Origin: Mobula hypostoma
Lineage: Eukaryota
DNA length: 64,000 bases
NCBI RefSeq assembly: GCF_963921235.1
Contig: NC_086108.1
Location: 3,534,001 to 3,598,000 of the forward strand
Direction of reading: 5' to 3'
Below are positions 37,944 through 51,289 of the stretch, piece by piece; position 1 is the first letter of the stretch; each line of letters begins with the position of its first letter. The notes under the pieces were generated by a model. The model saw only the letters and a program-made list of their open reading frames with translations, made no database searches and had not been told where the DNA came from. Position numbers and translations under genes: made by a program.

Positions 37944-38916
37944 TAATTTGCAGTATTGTGTGCAGTTTTGGTCACCTACCTGCAGGAAAGATGTAAATAA
38001 GGTTGAAAAAGTACAGAGAAATTTTACAAGGATGTTGCCGGGACTGGAGGACCTGAGTTTTAAGGAAAGATTAAATAGGTTAGGACATTATTCCTTGGAA
38101 CATAGAAGATTGAGAGGAGATTTGATAGAGGTATACAAAATTATGAGTGGTAGAGATAGGGAAAATGCAAGCAGCCTTTTTCCACTGAGGTTGGGTGGGA
38201 CTACAACCAGAGGTCATGGGTTAAGGGTGAAAAGGTGAGAAGTTTAAGGGGAACATGAGGAGAAACTTCTTCACTCAGAGAGTGGTGAGAGTGTGGAATG
38301 AGCTGCCAGCGTAAGTGGTGCATGTGAGCTTGATTTCAACATTTAAGAGACATTTGGATAGGTACAGGGATGTGAGGAGGATGGTGGGATATGGACATGG
38401 TGTAGGTAGGAGGGATTAGTGTTCGGGTATTTTTGGTTTGCTTCTTAGCTGTTCGGCACAACATTGTGGGCCGAATGGGCCTGTTCCTGTCGTGTACTCT
38501 TCGCTATTTTATGTTCTCTGCTCTGTATTAATTCAGGTTGTGGTTAAATTCTTCTCCTTCAAGAGCTTAATTGGGGCATCTTGTCAAACAAACCCTCCCC
38601 CACAACCCCTGGCAATTTTTAGTAAGTAGTCCATCCTTCATAATAAACAGCACTGAAGGGAAAACATATGCTCGGTGCTTTAGTAAATCCTCTTAAGAGT
38701 TGGGACACCACGTCTACAGTATACTGATTCTGCTTAGCTCTTATGCTTCATTAGACCAGAGGGCTCCTCTGGTCTTTAAACAGCCGGTGGTCTTGCGTGT
38801 CAGAAAGAGCTTCGGGTCTACGTGTAGGGTTCTCCACCACCCCGACCTGCTCGCTTAACTGACTGAGCTTTGAGACGAAACGGACTCTGAAATCCTTTTG
38901 TTTTGTTTTGTTGATT

Positions 38917-39970
38917 CATAGAACAGGACAGCACAGAAACAGGACCTTCAGTCCACAGTGTTGTGCCAAACCAATTAAATTAGTAATCAAATAGCTAACT
39001 AAACTAATCTCTTCTCTACTCAATGTCCATATCCCTTCATTTCACTTACATGCATGCGCCTATCAAAACATCCCTTAAAAGAATTTAATGTTTCTGCCTC
39101 TGCCGAGGTCTCTGCTGTTTGGTGTTTTATGTTCTGTGTGTTTTCTACTTGTTTTTTGATGTCTGTGGGATTTGTTCTTTAGTTCAGGTGTTGGGTGTTT
39201 GATCTCTTCTTTGAACGGTTTCCATGGTGTTTCTCTGTTTCGTGGCTGTTTGTGGGAAATACAAATCTCAGGGTTGGTATACTGATAAATATTTTGACAA
39301 TAAGTGTACTTTGAATCTTTGAACTTCTACCACCACACAGTGCAGCGTTTTCCAGGCACCCACCAACTCCTGTGTAAAAAGAACTTGCCCTTCACATCTT
39401 CATTGAAATTACCCCCCTCTCACCTTCAGTGAATGCCCCCTGGTATTTAAGATTTCAATCCTTGGAAAAAGACATTGTGTGTCAACTCTCTGCCTCTCAT
39501 AATCTTATATACCTCTATCACATACCTCCTCAGCCTCTGCTGCTCCAGAGAAAAGAACCAAAGTTTGTCCGATGTCTCGTGTCCTCTAATCCAGGCAGAA
39601 TCCTGGTGAACCTCTCCTGCACCCTCTCCGAAGCGTCAACATCCTCCCTGTAGTGGAGCAGCCAGAGCTGTACACAATACTCCAGATGTGGCCTCACCAG
39701 AGTTTTATAAAGCTGCAACATAACTTCCTGATTTTGGAACTCAGTTCTTTGACTAGTAAAGGCAAGCAAGCCATATACCTTCTGTACCCTACGTAGCCAC
39801 TTTAATGAATCGATACACTTGGACCCCAATATCCCTCTGCTCATCAACACCAGTAATGAACTTGCCCTTAACAGTATACTGTCTCTTTGAAGTTGACCTA
39901 GCTAGTTGAAACACTTCACATTTGGCCGTGTTAAACTCCATCTGCTATTTCTCACCACTAATCTGCCACT
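38917..39970 (-). mobile_element. CR1 LINE 3' part (interrupted)
   Basis: LYKTLVRPHLEYCVQLW; tail at the left end. Confidence 0.78.
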
Positions 39971-40094
39971 AAGTCTGATGACACAGATGAAATAACTTCT
40001 GTCGATGATTTTATGGCAGAATGGGACTTTCATCCAGACCGGGCATGGCTGATTGATAGAATGGACAAGAAGGACTGAATCGCCTTTCCCTTTT

Positions 40095-40630
40095 CCCTTA
40101 GAAGGAGGAGTTTGAGGAAATTGGTATGTCAGCAAAGACTCGCAGATTTCTGCAGATGTACCGTGGAGAGCATTCTGATTGGTTGCATCGGCGTCCGGTA
40201 TGTTGGGGTGGGCCAGACGATGAAAATAAACAGCAGAGAGTTGTAAACTCGGTCAGCTCCATCATGGGCACCAGCCTCCACAGCATCCAGGACATCTTCA
40301 AGGGGTGATGCCTCAAAGGACCCCCGTCACCCAGGACATGCCCTCTTCTCATCGCTGCCATCAGGGAGGAGGTACAGGAGCCTGAAGACACACACTCAAC
40401 GATTCAGGAACAGCTTCTTCCCCTCTGTCATCTGATTTCTGAATGGACATTGAACCCATGAACACTACCTCACTACTTTTTAATTCAATTTTTGCACTAC
40501 TGATTTTATTTAACTATTTAGTATACACATATACTTACTGTAATTTACATTTTTATTGCATTGTACTGCTGCCACAAAGACAACAAATTTCATGACATGC
40601 CAGCGGTATTAAACCTGATTCTGATTCTGA
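40095..40630 (+). mobile_element. Rex1-like LINE 3' fragment
   Basis: QRVVNSVSSIMGTSLHSIQDIF and (GATTCT)n tail. Confidence 0.75.
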
Positions 40631-41099
40631 CTTGACAAGAGAGTTGACATATTTTAACAGCGGGTTAAAAAGGAGACGTTGAAGCACGTGACAGAGGGAA
40701 TTGGTTTTATTTTTTAGAATTCAGGTATCATTACAAGATGAGAATTTATCATCCATCCCGACAGCTTTCAAATGTAAGTTTATTGTTAAGTCTAAGCTTA
40801 TTGTCATGGGCATACGTGTATGCCAAGGATATAAAAACTGTGAGTTCCTTCCAGCAGCATCACAGTGTATTGCAAAGATTAGCTTTATTTGTCACATGTA
40901 CATTGAAACATACAGTGAAATGTGTTGTTTCCTTCAAATCAGTGAGCATTGTGCTGGGGGCAGCCCCACATGTTGCCACGCTTCAAGTGCCAGCGAGAAT
41001 GATCTGCTGAGAAGATACTCAAGCCCAAACCTTTCACTTTATCTCAGTACGTGTGACAGCTATAAACCAATTCCAATTACCATTCTCCAGAGGAGATTC

Positions 41100-41965
41100 A
41101 GACCATAGCAACAGAATTAGGCCATTTGACCCATCGAGTCTGCCCGCCATTTCATCATGGCTGATCAATTTTCCCTCTCAGCCCCAGTCTCCTGTCTTTT
41201 CCCCTATTTCCCTTCATGCCCTGACTAATCAAGAATCTATCAACTCCTGTCTTAAATATACCCAATGACTTGGCCTCCACAGCCACCTGTGGCAACAAAT
41301 TCCACAGGTTCACCACCCTCTGGCTAAAGAGATTCCTCCTCATCTCTGTTCTAAATGGACGCCCCTCTATTCTGAGGCTGCGTCCTCTGGTTTTACACTC
41401 CCTCACCAAGGAAAGATCCTCTCCACCTCCACTCTGTCAGGGCCTTTCAACATTCAATGAAGGCACCCCCTCACTCTTCTGAATTCCAGTGAGTAGAGGC
41501 CCAGAGCCTTCCCTAATCCAGCCTTCACTTACCAGGGTCCTGACTGGACTAGCGAGCAGGTCGAGTGAACTGGGGCTTTTATCTTTGGAGAGGAGGATGA
41601 GAGGCAAATTGATAGATGTGTATAAGACGATAAGAGACATAGATAGAGTGGACAGCCAATGCCTTTTCCTGCAAATGGCCAATAGGAGGGGAGAGTGTAA
41701 CTTTAATTTATTGGAGGAAAGTATAGGAGGGGGGAATGTCAGAGGTGGATTGATTTTACACAGAGAGAGGTGGGTGCATAAAATATGCTGCTCAGAGTAG
41801 TGGTAGAGGCAGATACATTAAGAACTTGTAAAAGGCTTAAATAGGCATATGGCTGAAAAAAATGGAGGTCTACATTGGTGGGAAAGGTTAGGTTGATCTT
41901 GGCCTAGGTTAAAGGGTTGGCACAACATCGTGGGCCGAAGGGTCTGTACAGTGCTGTACTGTTCT
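41100..41965. mobile_element. Two CR1 3' fragments in opposite orientation (about 41100-41500 minus, about 41550-41965 plus)
   Basis: FSQRVVNLWNLLP on the minus strand; RGKLIDVYKTI on the plus strand. Confidence 0.7.
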
Positions 41966-42122
41966 TAATTGCTGGAATTCCCTCCCAGACTGTACTGTGC
42001 AGCACTCTGCAATTGCCTCCAAATTATTACTTTTTCAAGGGATGAATTTCTCTCTTTCTCTCTCTCTCTCAACCTGCACTAATGCCTTTATGTTTCTTTT
42101 GTTCCTGTTATTGTTTAAGTTA

Positions 42123-43762
42123 CAGTGCCTATAAAATGTATTCATCCCCCCTTGGAAGTTTTCATATTTTATTGTTTTACAACATTGAGTCACAGTGGAT
42201 TTAATTTGGCTTTTTTGACACTGATGCACAGATAAAGACTCTTTCGTGCCAAAGTGAAAACAGATCTCTGCAAAGTGATCTAAATTAAAATTACAAATAT
42301 AAAACACAAAATAATTGTTTGCATAAGTATTCACACCCTCCTCAAGTCAGTATTTAGTAGATGCTCCTTTAGCAACAATTACAGCCTTGAGTCTGTGTGG
42401 ATAGGTCTCTATCAGCTTTATGCATTTGGATCCTGCAATTTTTCCCCATTCTTCTTTACAAAACTGCTCAAGCTCTGTCAGATTGCATGGGGATCGTGAG
42501 TGAGCAGCCTTTTTCAAGTCCAGCCACAAATTCTCAATTGGATTGAGATCTGGACTCTGACTTGGCCACTCCTGGATATTAACTTTGTTGTTTTTAAGCC
42601 ATTCCTGTGTAGCTTTGGCTTTGGTTGATGTCATTGTCTTGCTGGGAAACAAATCTTCTCCCAAGGTGCAGTTCTCTTGCAGACTGTATCAAGTTTTCCT
42701 TCAGGACACTTCTGTAATTTGCCTCATTCATTTTACCCCCCACCTCACAAGCCTTCCAGGGCCTGTTGCAGTGAAGCATCCCCACAGCATGATGCAGCCA
42801 CCACCATGCTTCACGGTAGGGATGGTGTGTTTTTGATAATATGCGGTATTTGGGTTACGCCAGACATAACATTTAGTCTGATGGCCAAAATGCTCAATTT
42901 TGGTTTCATTGGACCATAGAACCTTCTTCCAGCTGACTTCAGAATCTCCCATGTGCCTTCTGGCAAACTCCAGCTGAGATTTCATATCATCTTTTTTCAA
43001 CAATGGCTTTCTCTTTGCCACTCTCCCATAAAGCTGTGACTGGTGAAGAACCTGGTCAGCAGTTGTTGTATGTGCAGTCTCTCCCATCTCAGCCACTGAA
43101 GCTTGTGACTCCTCCAGAGTTGTCATAGGTCTCTTGGTGGCCTCCCTCACTAGTCCCCTTCTTGCATGGTCACTCAGTTTTTGAGGACTGCCTGCTCTAG
43201 GCAGATTTACAGCTGTGACATATTCTTTCCATTTCTTGATGATTGACTTATCTGTACTCCAGGGGATATTCAGTTACCTGGAAATTTTCTTGTATCCATC
43301 TCCTGACTTGTGCTTTTCAATAACCTTTTTGCAAAGTTGCTTGGAGTGTTCGTTTGTCTTCATGGTGTAGTTTTTGTCGGGATACTGACTCACCAGTAGT
43401 TGGACCTTCCAGATACAGGTGTATTTTTACTGCAATCGATTGAAAGACCTTGACTGCACACAGGTCTCCAAAAACAGATCTCCGTTTAACTAATTATGTG
43501 ACTTCTAAAACCAATTGGCTGCACCAGTGATGATTTGGTGGGTCATATTAAAGGGGGTAAATACTTATGCAATCAATTATTTTGTGTTTTATATTTGTCA
43601 TGAATTTAAATCACTTTGTAGATATCTGTTTTCACTTTGACATAGAAGATCTTTTGCTGTTGATCAGTGTCAAAAAAGCTAGGTTAAATCCGTTGTGATT
43701 CAATGTTGTAAAACAATAAAACATGAAAACTTCCAAGGACTGAATCCGTTTTGTAGGCATTG
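42123..43762 (-). mobile_element. Full-length but decayed Tc1 transposon (Passport-like, IR/DR type)
   Basis: TA-CAGTG...CATTG-TA ends, TIRs of about 215 bp, total length 1.64 kb. Confidence 0.92.
42347..43363 (-). pseudogene. Tc1 transposase pseudogene
   Basis: MKTNEHSKQ...GYKKISR* (premature stop near 43275), WSNETK (first catalytic D is N), TVKHGGG, QQDND, WPSQSPDLNPIENLW, ...KGASTKY; frameshifted. Confidence 0.9.
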
Positions 43763-44459
43763 TATGTATTCAGGCTAGTGTAGTAGTTGGCGCACGGCGT
43801 TACTGTGCTTCCTGTCAGATAGGGGTTCAATTCCCGCCACCTGCCTGTAACGAGTTCTACTTTCTCCCCATGTCCATGTCGGTTATTTCTGGGTGCCTCG
43901 GTTTCCTCTCACATTCCAAAGGTGTATGGGTTAGGCTTAGTGAGTTGTGAGCGTGTTACATTGGTGCCACGTATCCGGACATCTGGTTGAACTTTGGGCT
44001 TCGATTTTCCATATCGACCCAGGGTTCGTAGATGATAATAAATGAGGAGCTTGATGAGGATCCAAACTCCAGACCTGAAACTCTGGTCTCGCCAATGACA
44101 GGGTCCTGAACATCCTTGTCGAACCACGCCCACGCCACTGGCTTTTAATTGTGCAGCGGGGGCTTAGACTTAAACTTACACTCTGGTCTGTCTCCAGTTC
44201 TCCCACAACCTGTCCCTAAACCCTAACCTGACCCCCAACTCCCCTCCCTGTCTCCAAAATCATCCTTACCAGCCTAAAAAAATGAACTAAACCTGCCCCG
44301 CAGCCTTGACAAAGGCTGCAGCTCAGTTCGTTTTGAATGAGTTTTTGTATGCAGAGAGTTGTAGGAGCTTGGAGAGCGCTGCCCGGATGGTGATGGAGGC
44401 ATTACGATAGTGGGGCTTAAGATGCTGTTAGACATATGTAGTGGGGTGTATGTGTTGTC

Positions 44460-44845
44460 AGGAAGGGATAACACCTCTGGTGAAGGAACTTGTTGTGTCC
44501 ATTCTGGGGCAGCTCTCTCACTATTGGTCTCCTCCAGAGATTCAGCTTTCAGCTTCGGTAGCTGTCTGTGTGCGACAGCAGACACATCCTGGTACACCGC
44601 TTCAAGGCAGGCTAAACCAGGTGAAGGAAGAACGTGGCCTCATCCCAACAGCGAAGTCCGCTCCGGCGGACTGGGTGCATGATATCTACAGTGAGCTCCA
44701 GCAGCCGGGAAGGCAGTGCTGTAACGCTCCGTGGAGAGCGAAGGGCACGACCAGGCACAGAAGACGTCATCGTCATCCACCGCAGCCATGGAAGACCCCA
44801 GTTTGTGACGCATGTTTGTACCAGTGGAGGTGGACTTCTGAGGAA
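44460..44845 (+). mobile_element. Possible RTE-type 5'UTR-derived element
   Basis: Motifs loosely resembling BovB/RTE 5' ends (ctctggtgaaggaacttg; ctccgtggagagcgaagggcacgacc); CpG-rich. Confidence 0.3.
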
Positions 44846-44898
44846 TACAGGTCCATAATTTGTTGAAAGCGGTGTCATAGGTAGATAGGGTCATTAAG

Positions 44899-44984
44899 GG
44901 TCTCCGCCTGAAACATCGACTGTACCTCTTCCTAGAGATGTTGCCTGGCCTGCTGCGTTCACCAGCAACTTTGATGTGTGTTGC
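44899..44984 (+). mobile_element. 86-bp PLE pseudo-LTR fragment (3' half of hammerhead)
   Basis: 13-bp TSD TAGGGTCATTAAG (44886-44898/44985-44997). Confidence 0.82.
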
Positions 44985-45286
44985 TAGGGTCATTAAGAAA
45001 GCTTTTGGCACATTGCCCTTCATAAACCAAAGTATTGAGTACAGAAGATGGTATGTTGTGCTCAAATTGTATAAGACATTGGTGAGACCTTATTTGGAGT
45101 ACTGTGTACAGTTTTGGTCACCTGCCTACAGGAAAGATTTAAAAAAGGTTGAAACAGTACAAAGAAAATTTACAAACAAGTTGTCTGGGCTGGAGAACCT
45201 GAATTAGAAGGATAGATTGAATAGGTTAGGATTTTATTCCTTGGAATGTAGAAGATTGAGGGGAGATTTGATAGAGGTATACAAAT

Positions 45287-46699
45287 TTTTTCATCTCTCC
45301 CTTTCCCAGTGTAGAGTGCCCTCCTGCTCCAAAACATCCACCATTGTTTCTGTACCTAAAAAGACCAAGGTAACATGTCTGAACGACTGGCGTCCTGTTG
45401 CACTCACCTCAATAATAAGCAAATGCTTTGAGATGCTGGTCAAGGATTACATCTGCAGCCTGCTACCACCCACACTGGACCCCCTACAATTCACCTACTG
45501 ACACAACTGATTGACAGATGATGCAGTAGCCACAGCTCTACATACTGTCCTTACACACCTGGAGAAGAGGGATGCTTCTGTGAGAATGCTGTTCTTGAAC
45601 TACAGTTCAGCATTCAACACCATAATTCCATCCAGGCTCGACAAGAAGCTCAGAGACCTCGGCCTTCACCCTGCCTTGTGCATCTGGATCCTGGACTTCC
45701 TGTCAGATCGCCGGCAGGTGGTAGGAGTGGGCTCCCTCACCTCTGCCCCTCTGACCCTCAACACAGGAAGCCCATCAGGGCTGTGTACTAGGTCCCCTCC
45801 ATTACTCCCTGTATACCCATGATGTGTCACCACCCACAGCTCTAATCTGCTAAATTAAATTTGCCGATGATGCTACATTGATTGGCCTTATCTCAAACAA
45901 TAACGAGGTGGCCTACTGGGAAGAAGTCATCTCTTTGACACAGTGGTGTCAAGAAAACAACCTCTCCCTCAATGTCGCAAAAACAAAGGAGCTGGTTGTG
46001 GATTACAGGAGGAATGGAGACCGGTTAACCCCTATTGACATCAGTGGATCTGGGGTTGAGAGGGTAAGCAGCTTCACATTCCTCGGCATACACATCACTG
46101 AGGATCTCACGTGGTCTGTACACACCAGCTGTGTGGTGAAAAAGGCACTACAGCACCTCTTTCACCTCAGACGGTTGAGGAAGTTTGGTCTGGCCTCCCA
46201 AATCCTAAGAACTTTCTACAGGGGCACAATTGAGAGCATCCTGACTGGCTGCATCACCGCCTGGTATGGGAACTGTACTTCCCTCAATCACAGGATTCTG
46301 CAGAGAGTGGTGCAGACAGCCCAGCACATCTGTAGTTGTGAACTTCCCGTGATTCAGGACGTTCACAGAGACAGGTGTGTAAAACGGGCCCGAAGGATCA
46401 TTGGGGACTCGAGTCACCCCAATCACAAACTGTTTGCTGTATCACAGTATAAAAACTGGTACCGCAGCATAAAAGCCAGAACCAACAGGCTCCAGGACAG
46501 CTTTTTCCACCGGGCCATCAGACTGATTAATTCATGCTGATACAACTGTATTTCTATGTTATACTGACTGTCCTGTTGTACATACTATTTATTACAAATC
46601 ACTATAAATTGCACATTACACATTCATACGGAAATGTAACGTGAAGATTTTTACTCCTTACGGTATATGAAGTATGTAAGTAATAAAGTCAATTCAATT
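45287..46699 (+). mobile_element. Rex1-like LINE, RT pseudogene
   Basis: [21 protein letters not shown] and FTFLGIHI in broken frames; AATAAA plus CAATT tail. Confidence 0.87.
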
Positions 46700-47397
46700 A
46701 TGAGGGGCAAATGCAAGCAGACTTTTTCCTCTGAGGTTCACTGAGACTACAACCAGAGGTCATGGGTTAAGGGTGAAAAGTGGAAAGTTTAAAAGGAACA
46801 CGAGAGGAAACCTCTTCAATCAGAGGATCGTGACTGTGGAACGAGCTGCCAGTGCAAGTGGTGCATGCGAGCTCAAGGTCAATGTTTAAGGGATGTCTAG
46901 ATAGATACATGGATGTTAGCGGTGTGGAGGCTATGGTCTCGGTGCGGGTCGATGTGAGCTTACAGCTTGAATGGTTGGCCGGGTCTAGATAGGATGAAGG
47001 CATGTTTCTGTGTTGTACTTTTCTATGAGTCTGTGACTATATAAGAGAGTGGAACTGTCCCAGTGCAAAAGCCTTTCCATTTTAAAAACCCTTCTCACAG
47101 GTTTCCTATCATCGTCAGACACGACAGACACATAAATATGTAATAGTGGTGTTCAAGGGCTTATTAAATGAGCAACTGCATATTCTGGGAATGGAGGGTT
47201 ATAGATCAGGTGGAGGCTGGAGGGATTAGTTTAATTAATAATGTGTTCAGCACAGACATTGTGAGTTAAAGGGCCTCATCCTGCGCTGTACTGTTCTGTG
47301 TTCTGTCCCACTGCATCTGGCCTGTAGTGTCCTTCCCCACACAAGTGCACGGATTTATAGTAGTCCTCTAAACATGCCTCAATGTGCCAAGCTTCGG

Positions 47398-47685
47398 GGC
47401 GGCAGGGTAGTGTAGTGGTTAGCACAATGCTTTGAACTACTAGCAAACTGGGTTAAATATCTACTGCTGCCTGTAAGGAGCTTGTATGTTCTTTCCTGAG
47501 ACTGCGTGGGTTTCCTGTAGGTGCTCCTGTTTCCTCCCACAGTCCAAAGACATAGCCAGTAGGTAGATTAATTGGTCATCGTAAGTTGTTCTGTGATTAG
47601 ACTAGCATTAAATCGGGGAATTGCTGGGTAGCGCAGCTCAAAGTGAGGAAGGGCCTATTGTGCGCTGTATCTCAATAAATAAATG
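47398..47685 (+). mobile_element. V-SINE (HE1-like), near full length; other copies at about 5180, 18070, 18430, 20990, 29310, 31840, 43770 and 62920
   Basis: tRNA head (tagtgtagtggttagcac), V-domain, and CR1-like tail gaagggcctattgtgcgctgtatct. Confidence 0.75.
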
Positions 47686-48249
47686 TTTACATGGTCCTCT
47701 CTCTGTGCACAACCTTGAATATAGTTGTCCTCTGAATGGTTACTGGGGAGGGGTGTACACGTGATGCTAAACTGGACAGCCTGGTCTTCCTCTGTTAACA
47801 TTACTTGCTCATTGAGTAGAGATGTACGTTTTGAAGTCAGAGGTAACTTGATACGTATTGGCTATCAAAACAAAAAAGATTAGGGTAAATCTACCATAAA
47901 TCCTGGGATTCTCAAAACAAACTAAACATCAGACTTTCAACACCACTTCCACTTCTGCCCTGCCCCTTCAGTCCGATAATTTGCAGGCAGGGCAAGTATT
48001 TTAACCCTGACTGTTCTGCCCGAGGATATGAGCCTAATCCAGCTACTACGCGATCCGGGTCTATAGATTCAATCTGGTTTGGAATGCTGATGCTTGCTTC
48101 TATTGTTTGCATGATTTGTGTTTGTTTTCCTCTGCGTTGGGGGTTGGTCTTTTTTAACCGGGTTCGTTCAGGTTTCTTGTTCTGTGGCTGCCTGTAAGCA
48201 GACAAATTTCAAGGTTGTATCATTTGTAAATTCTTTGTTAATAAATGAA

Positions 48250-48625
48250 AGACCATAAGACAAAGGAGCAGAAGTCGGCCAGTCGGCCCATCGAGTCTGC
48301 TCCGCCATTTTATCATGAGCTGATCTATTCTCCCATTTAGTCCCACTCCCCTGCCTTCTCACCATAACCTTTGGTGCCCTGGCTACTCAGATACCTATCA
48401 ATCTCTGCCTTAAATACACCCAATGACTTGGCCTCCACTGCCGCCCGTGGTAACAAATTTCATAGATTCACCACCCTCTGGCTAAAAAATTTCTTTGCAT
48501 CTCTGTTCTGAATGGGCGCCCTTCAATCCTTAAGTCATGCCCTCTCGTACTAGACTCCCCCACCATGGGAAACAACTTTGCCACATCCACTCTGTCCGTG
48601 CCTTTCAAAATTCGAAATGTTTCTG
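48250..48625 (-). mobile_element. CR1 3' fragment
   Basis: LFPMVGESSTRGHDLRI and (TCTTATGG) tail. Confidence 0.8.
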
Positions 48626-48828
48626 TGAAATGTACTTTGAATCCTTTTGTAGGGAATGGTTTTGGCTGACCCCAGGTAAAGGACAGCTTCTGTCCCACTG
48701 CTGTACGACTTTTGGACAGACCTTAGAGCCCATCTACACAGAGTCTTATTGCAGGAAATAAGACTCAAGGACCCCCACCATCCAGGCCATGCTCTCTTCT
48801 CTCTGCTGCCATTGGGAAGGACGTGCAG

Positions 48829-49107
48829 GAGCCTCAGAACCCATACCACCAGGTTCAGGAACAGTTATTACCCCTCAACCATCAGGCTCCTGAACCAGTG
48901 TGGATAACTTCACTCACCACAATGAGCCTCAGGTCCCACACCACCAGGTTCAGGAACAGTTATTACCCCTCAACCATCAGGCTCCTGAACCAGTGTGGAT
49001 AACTTCACTCACCACAATGAGCCTCAGGTCCCACACCACCAGGTTCAGGAGCAGTTTTTACCCCACGACCATCAGGCACTTGAACCAAAGGGGATAACTT
49101 CACTCAC
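48829..49107 (+). repeat. 95-bp tandem array 5 (3 units)
   Basis: Units at 48829, 48924 and 49019. Confidence 0.92.
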
Positions 49108-49754
49108 CCCAACACTGAACTGTTCCCACAACCTATGGACTCACTTTCAAGGACTCTTCATCTCATATCGTCAATATTTATTGCTTATTTATTTATTATT
49201 ATTATTTTTATAGAACCATAGAACACTACAGTACAGAAAACAGGCCATTTTGCCCTTCTAGTCTGTGCCAAAACTTTATTCCGCTGGTCCCATTGATCTG
49301 CATCCAGTCCATAACCCTCCAGACCTCTCCCATCCATGTATCTATCCAATTTATTCTTAAAACGTAAGAGTGAGCTCGCATTTACCACGTCAGATGGCAG
49401 CTCATTCCACACTTCCACCACTCTCTGAGTGAAGAAGTTCCCCCTAATGTTCCCCCTAAACCTTTCACCTTTCACCCTAAAGCCATGTCCTCTCGTATTT
49501 ATCTCTTCTAATCTAAGTGGAAAGAGCCTACTCACATTTACTCTGTCTATACCCCTCATAATTTTGTAAACCTCTATCAAATCTCCCCTCATTCTTCTAT
49601 GCTTCAGGAATAAAGTCCTAACCTGTTCAATCTTTCCCTGTAACTCAACTCCTGAAGACCCGGCAACATCCTAGTAAATCTTCTCTGCACTCTTTCAATC
49701 TTACTGATATCCTTCCTATAGTTAGGTGACCAGAACTGCACACAATACTTCAAA

Positions 49755-49966
49755 CAACAGGAATTCTGCAGATGCTGGAAATTCAAGCAACACACATAAA
49801 AGTTGCTGGTAAACACAGCAGGCCAGGCAGCATCTCTAGGAAGAGGTGCAGTCGACGTTTCAGGCCGAGACCCTTCGTCCTGGGTCTTGGCCTGAAACGT
49901 CGACTGCACCTCTTCCTAGAGATGCTGCCTGGCCTGCTGCGTTCACCAGCAACTTTTATGTGTGTT
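49755..49966. mobile_element. Fold-back PLE insertion (85-bp arms)
   Basis: Arms 49789-49873 and 49882-49966; 15-bp TSD ACACAATACTTCAAA (49740-49754/49967-49981). Confidence 0.88.
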
Positions 49967-51289
49967 ACACAATACTTCAAATTTGGCCTCACCAATGTCT
50001 TATATAACCTCACCATAACATCCCAGCTCCTATACTCAATACTTTGATTTATGAATTCCAGGATGCCAAAAGCCTTCTTTACAACTCTGTCTACCTGTGA
50101 CGCCACTTTCAGGGAATTATGTATCTGAGCTCCCAGATCCCTTTGTTCCTCCACACTCCTCAGTGCCCTACCATTTACTGTGTATGTCCTACCTTGATTT
50201 GTCCTTCCAAAATGCAATATCTCGCACTTGTCTGCATTAAATTCCATCTGCCATTTTCTGGCCCATTTTTCCAGTTGGTCCAGATCCCTCTGCAAGCTTT
50301 GAAAGCCTTCCTCACTGTGCACAACGCTTCCAATCTTAGTGTCATCAGCAAACTTGCTGATCCAATTTACCACATTATCATCTAGATCATTGATATAGAC
50401 AACAAATAACAATGGTCCCAGCACAGATCCCCGAGGCACACCACTAGTCACAGGCCTCCAGTCTGAGAAGCAATCATCCACTACCACTCTGTCTTCTCCC
50501 ACACAGCCAATTTCGAATCCAGTTTACAACCTCTCCATGGATATCTAGTGTCTGAACCTTCTGAACTAATCTCCTATGTGGGACCTTGTCAAAGGCCTTA
50601 CTAAAGTCCATGTAGACAACATCCAAAGCCTTTCCCTCATCTACTTCCTTCGTAACTTCCTGAAAAAAACTCTACAAGATTCGTTAAACATGATCTACCA
50701 CGCACAAAGCCATGCTGACTATCCTTAATCAGCCCTTGACTGTCCAAATACTTGTATATCCGATCTCTCAGAACACCTTCCAATAATTTGCCTACTACTG
50801 ATGTCAGGCTCACTGGCCTGTAATTACCTGGTTTACTTTTGGAGCCTTTTTTAAACAACGGAACAACATGAGCTACCCTCCAATCCTCCGGCACTGCACC
50901 CGTGGCTAAGGACATTTTAAATATTTCTGCCAGGGCCCCTGCAATTTCTACACTAGTCTCTCTCAAGGCCCGAGGAAATACCATATCAGGCCCGGGGGAT
51001 TTACCTACCCTTATTTGCTGTAAGGCAGCAAGCACCTCCTCTTCTTTAATCTCTATATGTTCCATGACACTACTGCTTGTTTCCCTTCCTTCCATATACA
51101 CTATGCCAGTTTCCTGAGTAAATACTGATGCAAAATCTCCCCCATCACGTGAGGCTCCACATATAGACGACCACTCTGATCTTCTAGGAGACCAATTTTG
51201 CCCCTTACTATCCTTTTACTCTTAATATACTGTACTTGTAGAAACCCTTCAGGTTTACCTTCACATTATCTGCCAAAGCAACCTCATGT

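Larger units (their letters stand above)
36270..38520 (+). mobile_element. CR1 LINE 3' part split by a Rex1 insertion
   Basis: KTLVRTNL on the left continues as QYCVQFWSP on the right of the insert. Confidence 0.8.
44850..47040 (+). mobile_element. CR1 LINE 3' part hosting a PLE fragment and a Rex1-like LINE
   Basis: KKAFGTLPFINQSIEYR...RGDLIEVYK, resuming at about 46700. Confidence 0.8.

Noticed and set aside
43975..44200. Possible exon (MIINEELDEDPNSRPE...) or degenerate hammerhead (ttgatga...gaaactc)
   Set aside because: No recognisable protein similarity and no convincing helices; unresolved without a search.
44214..44240. Telomere-like ccctaa units
   Set aside because: Only about two degenerate units.
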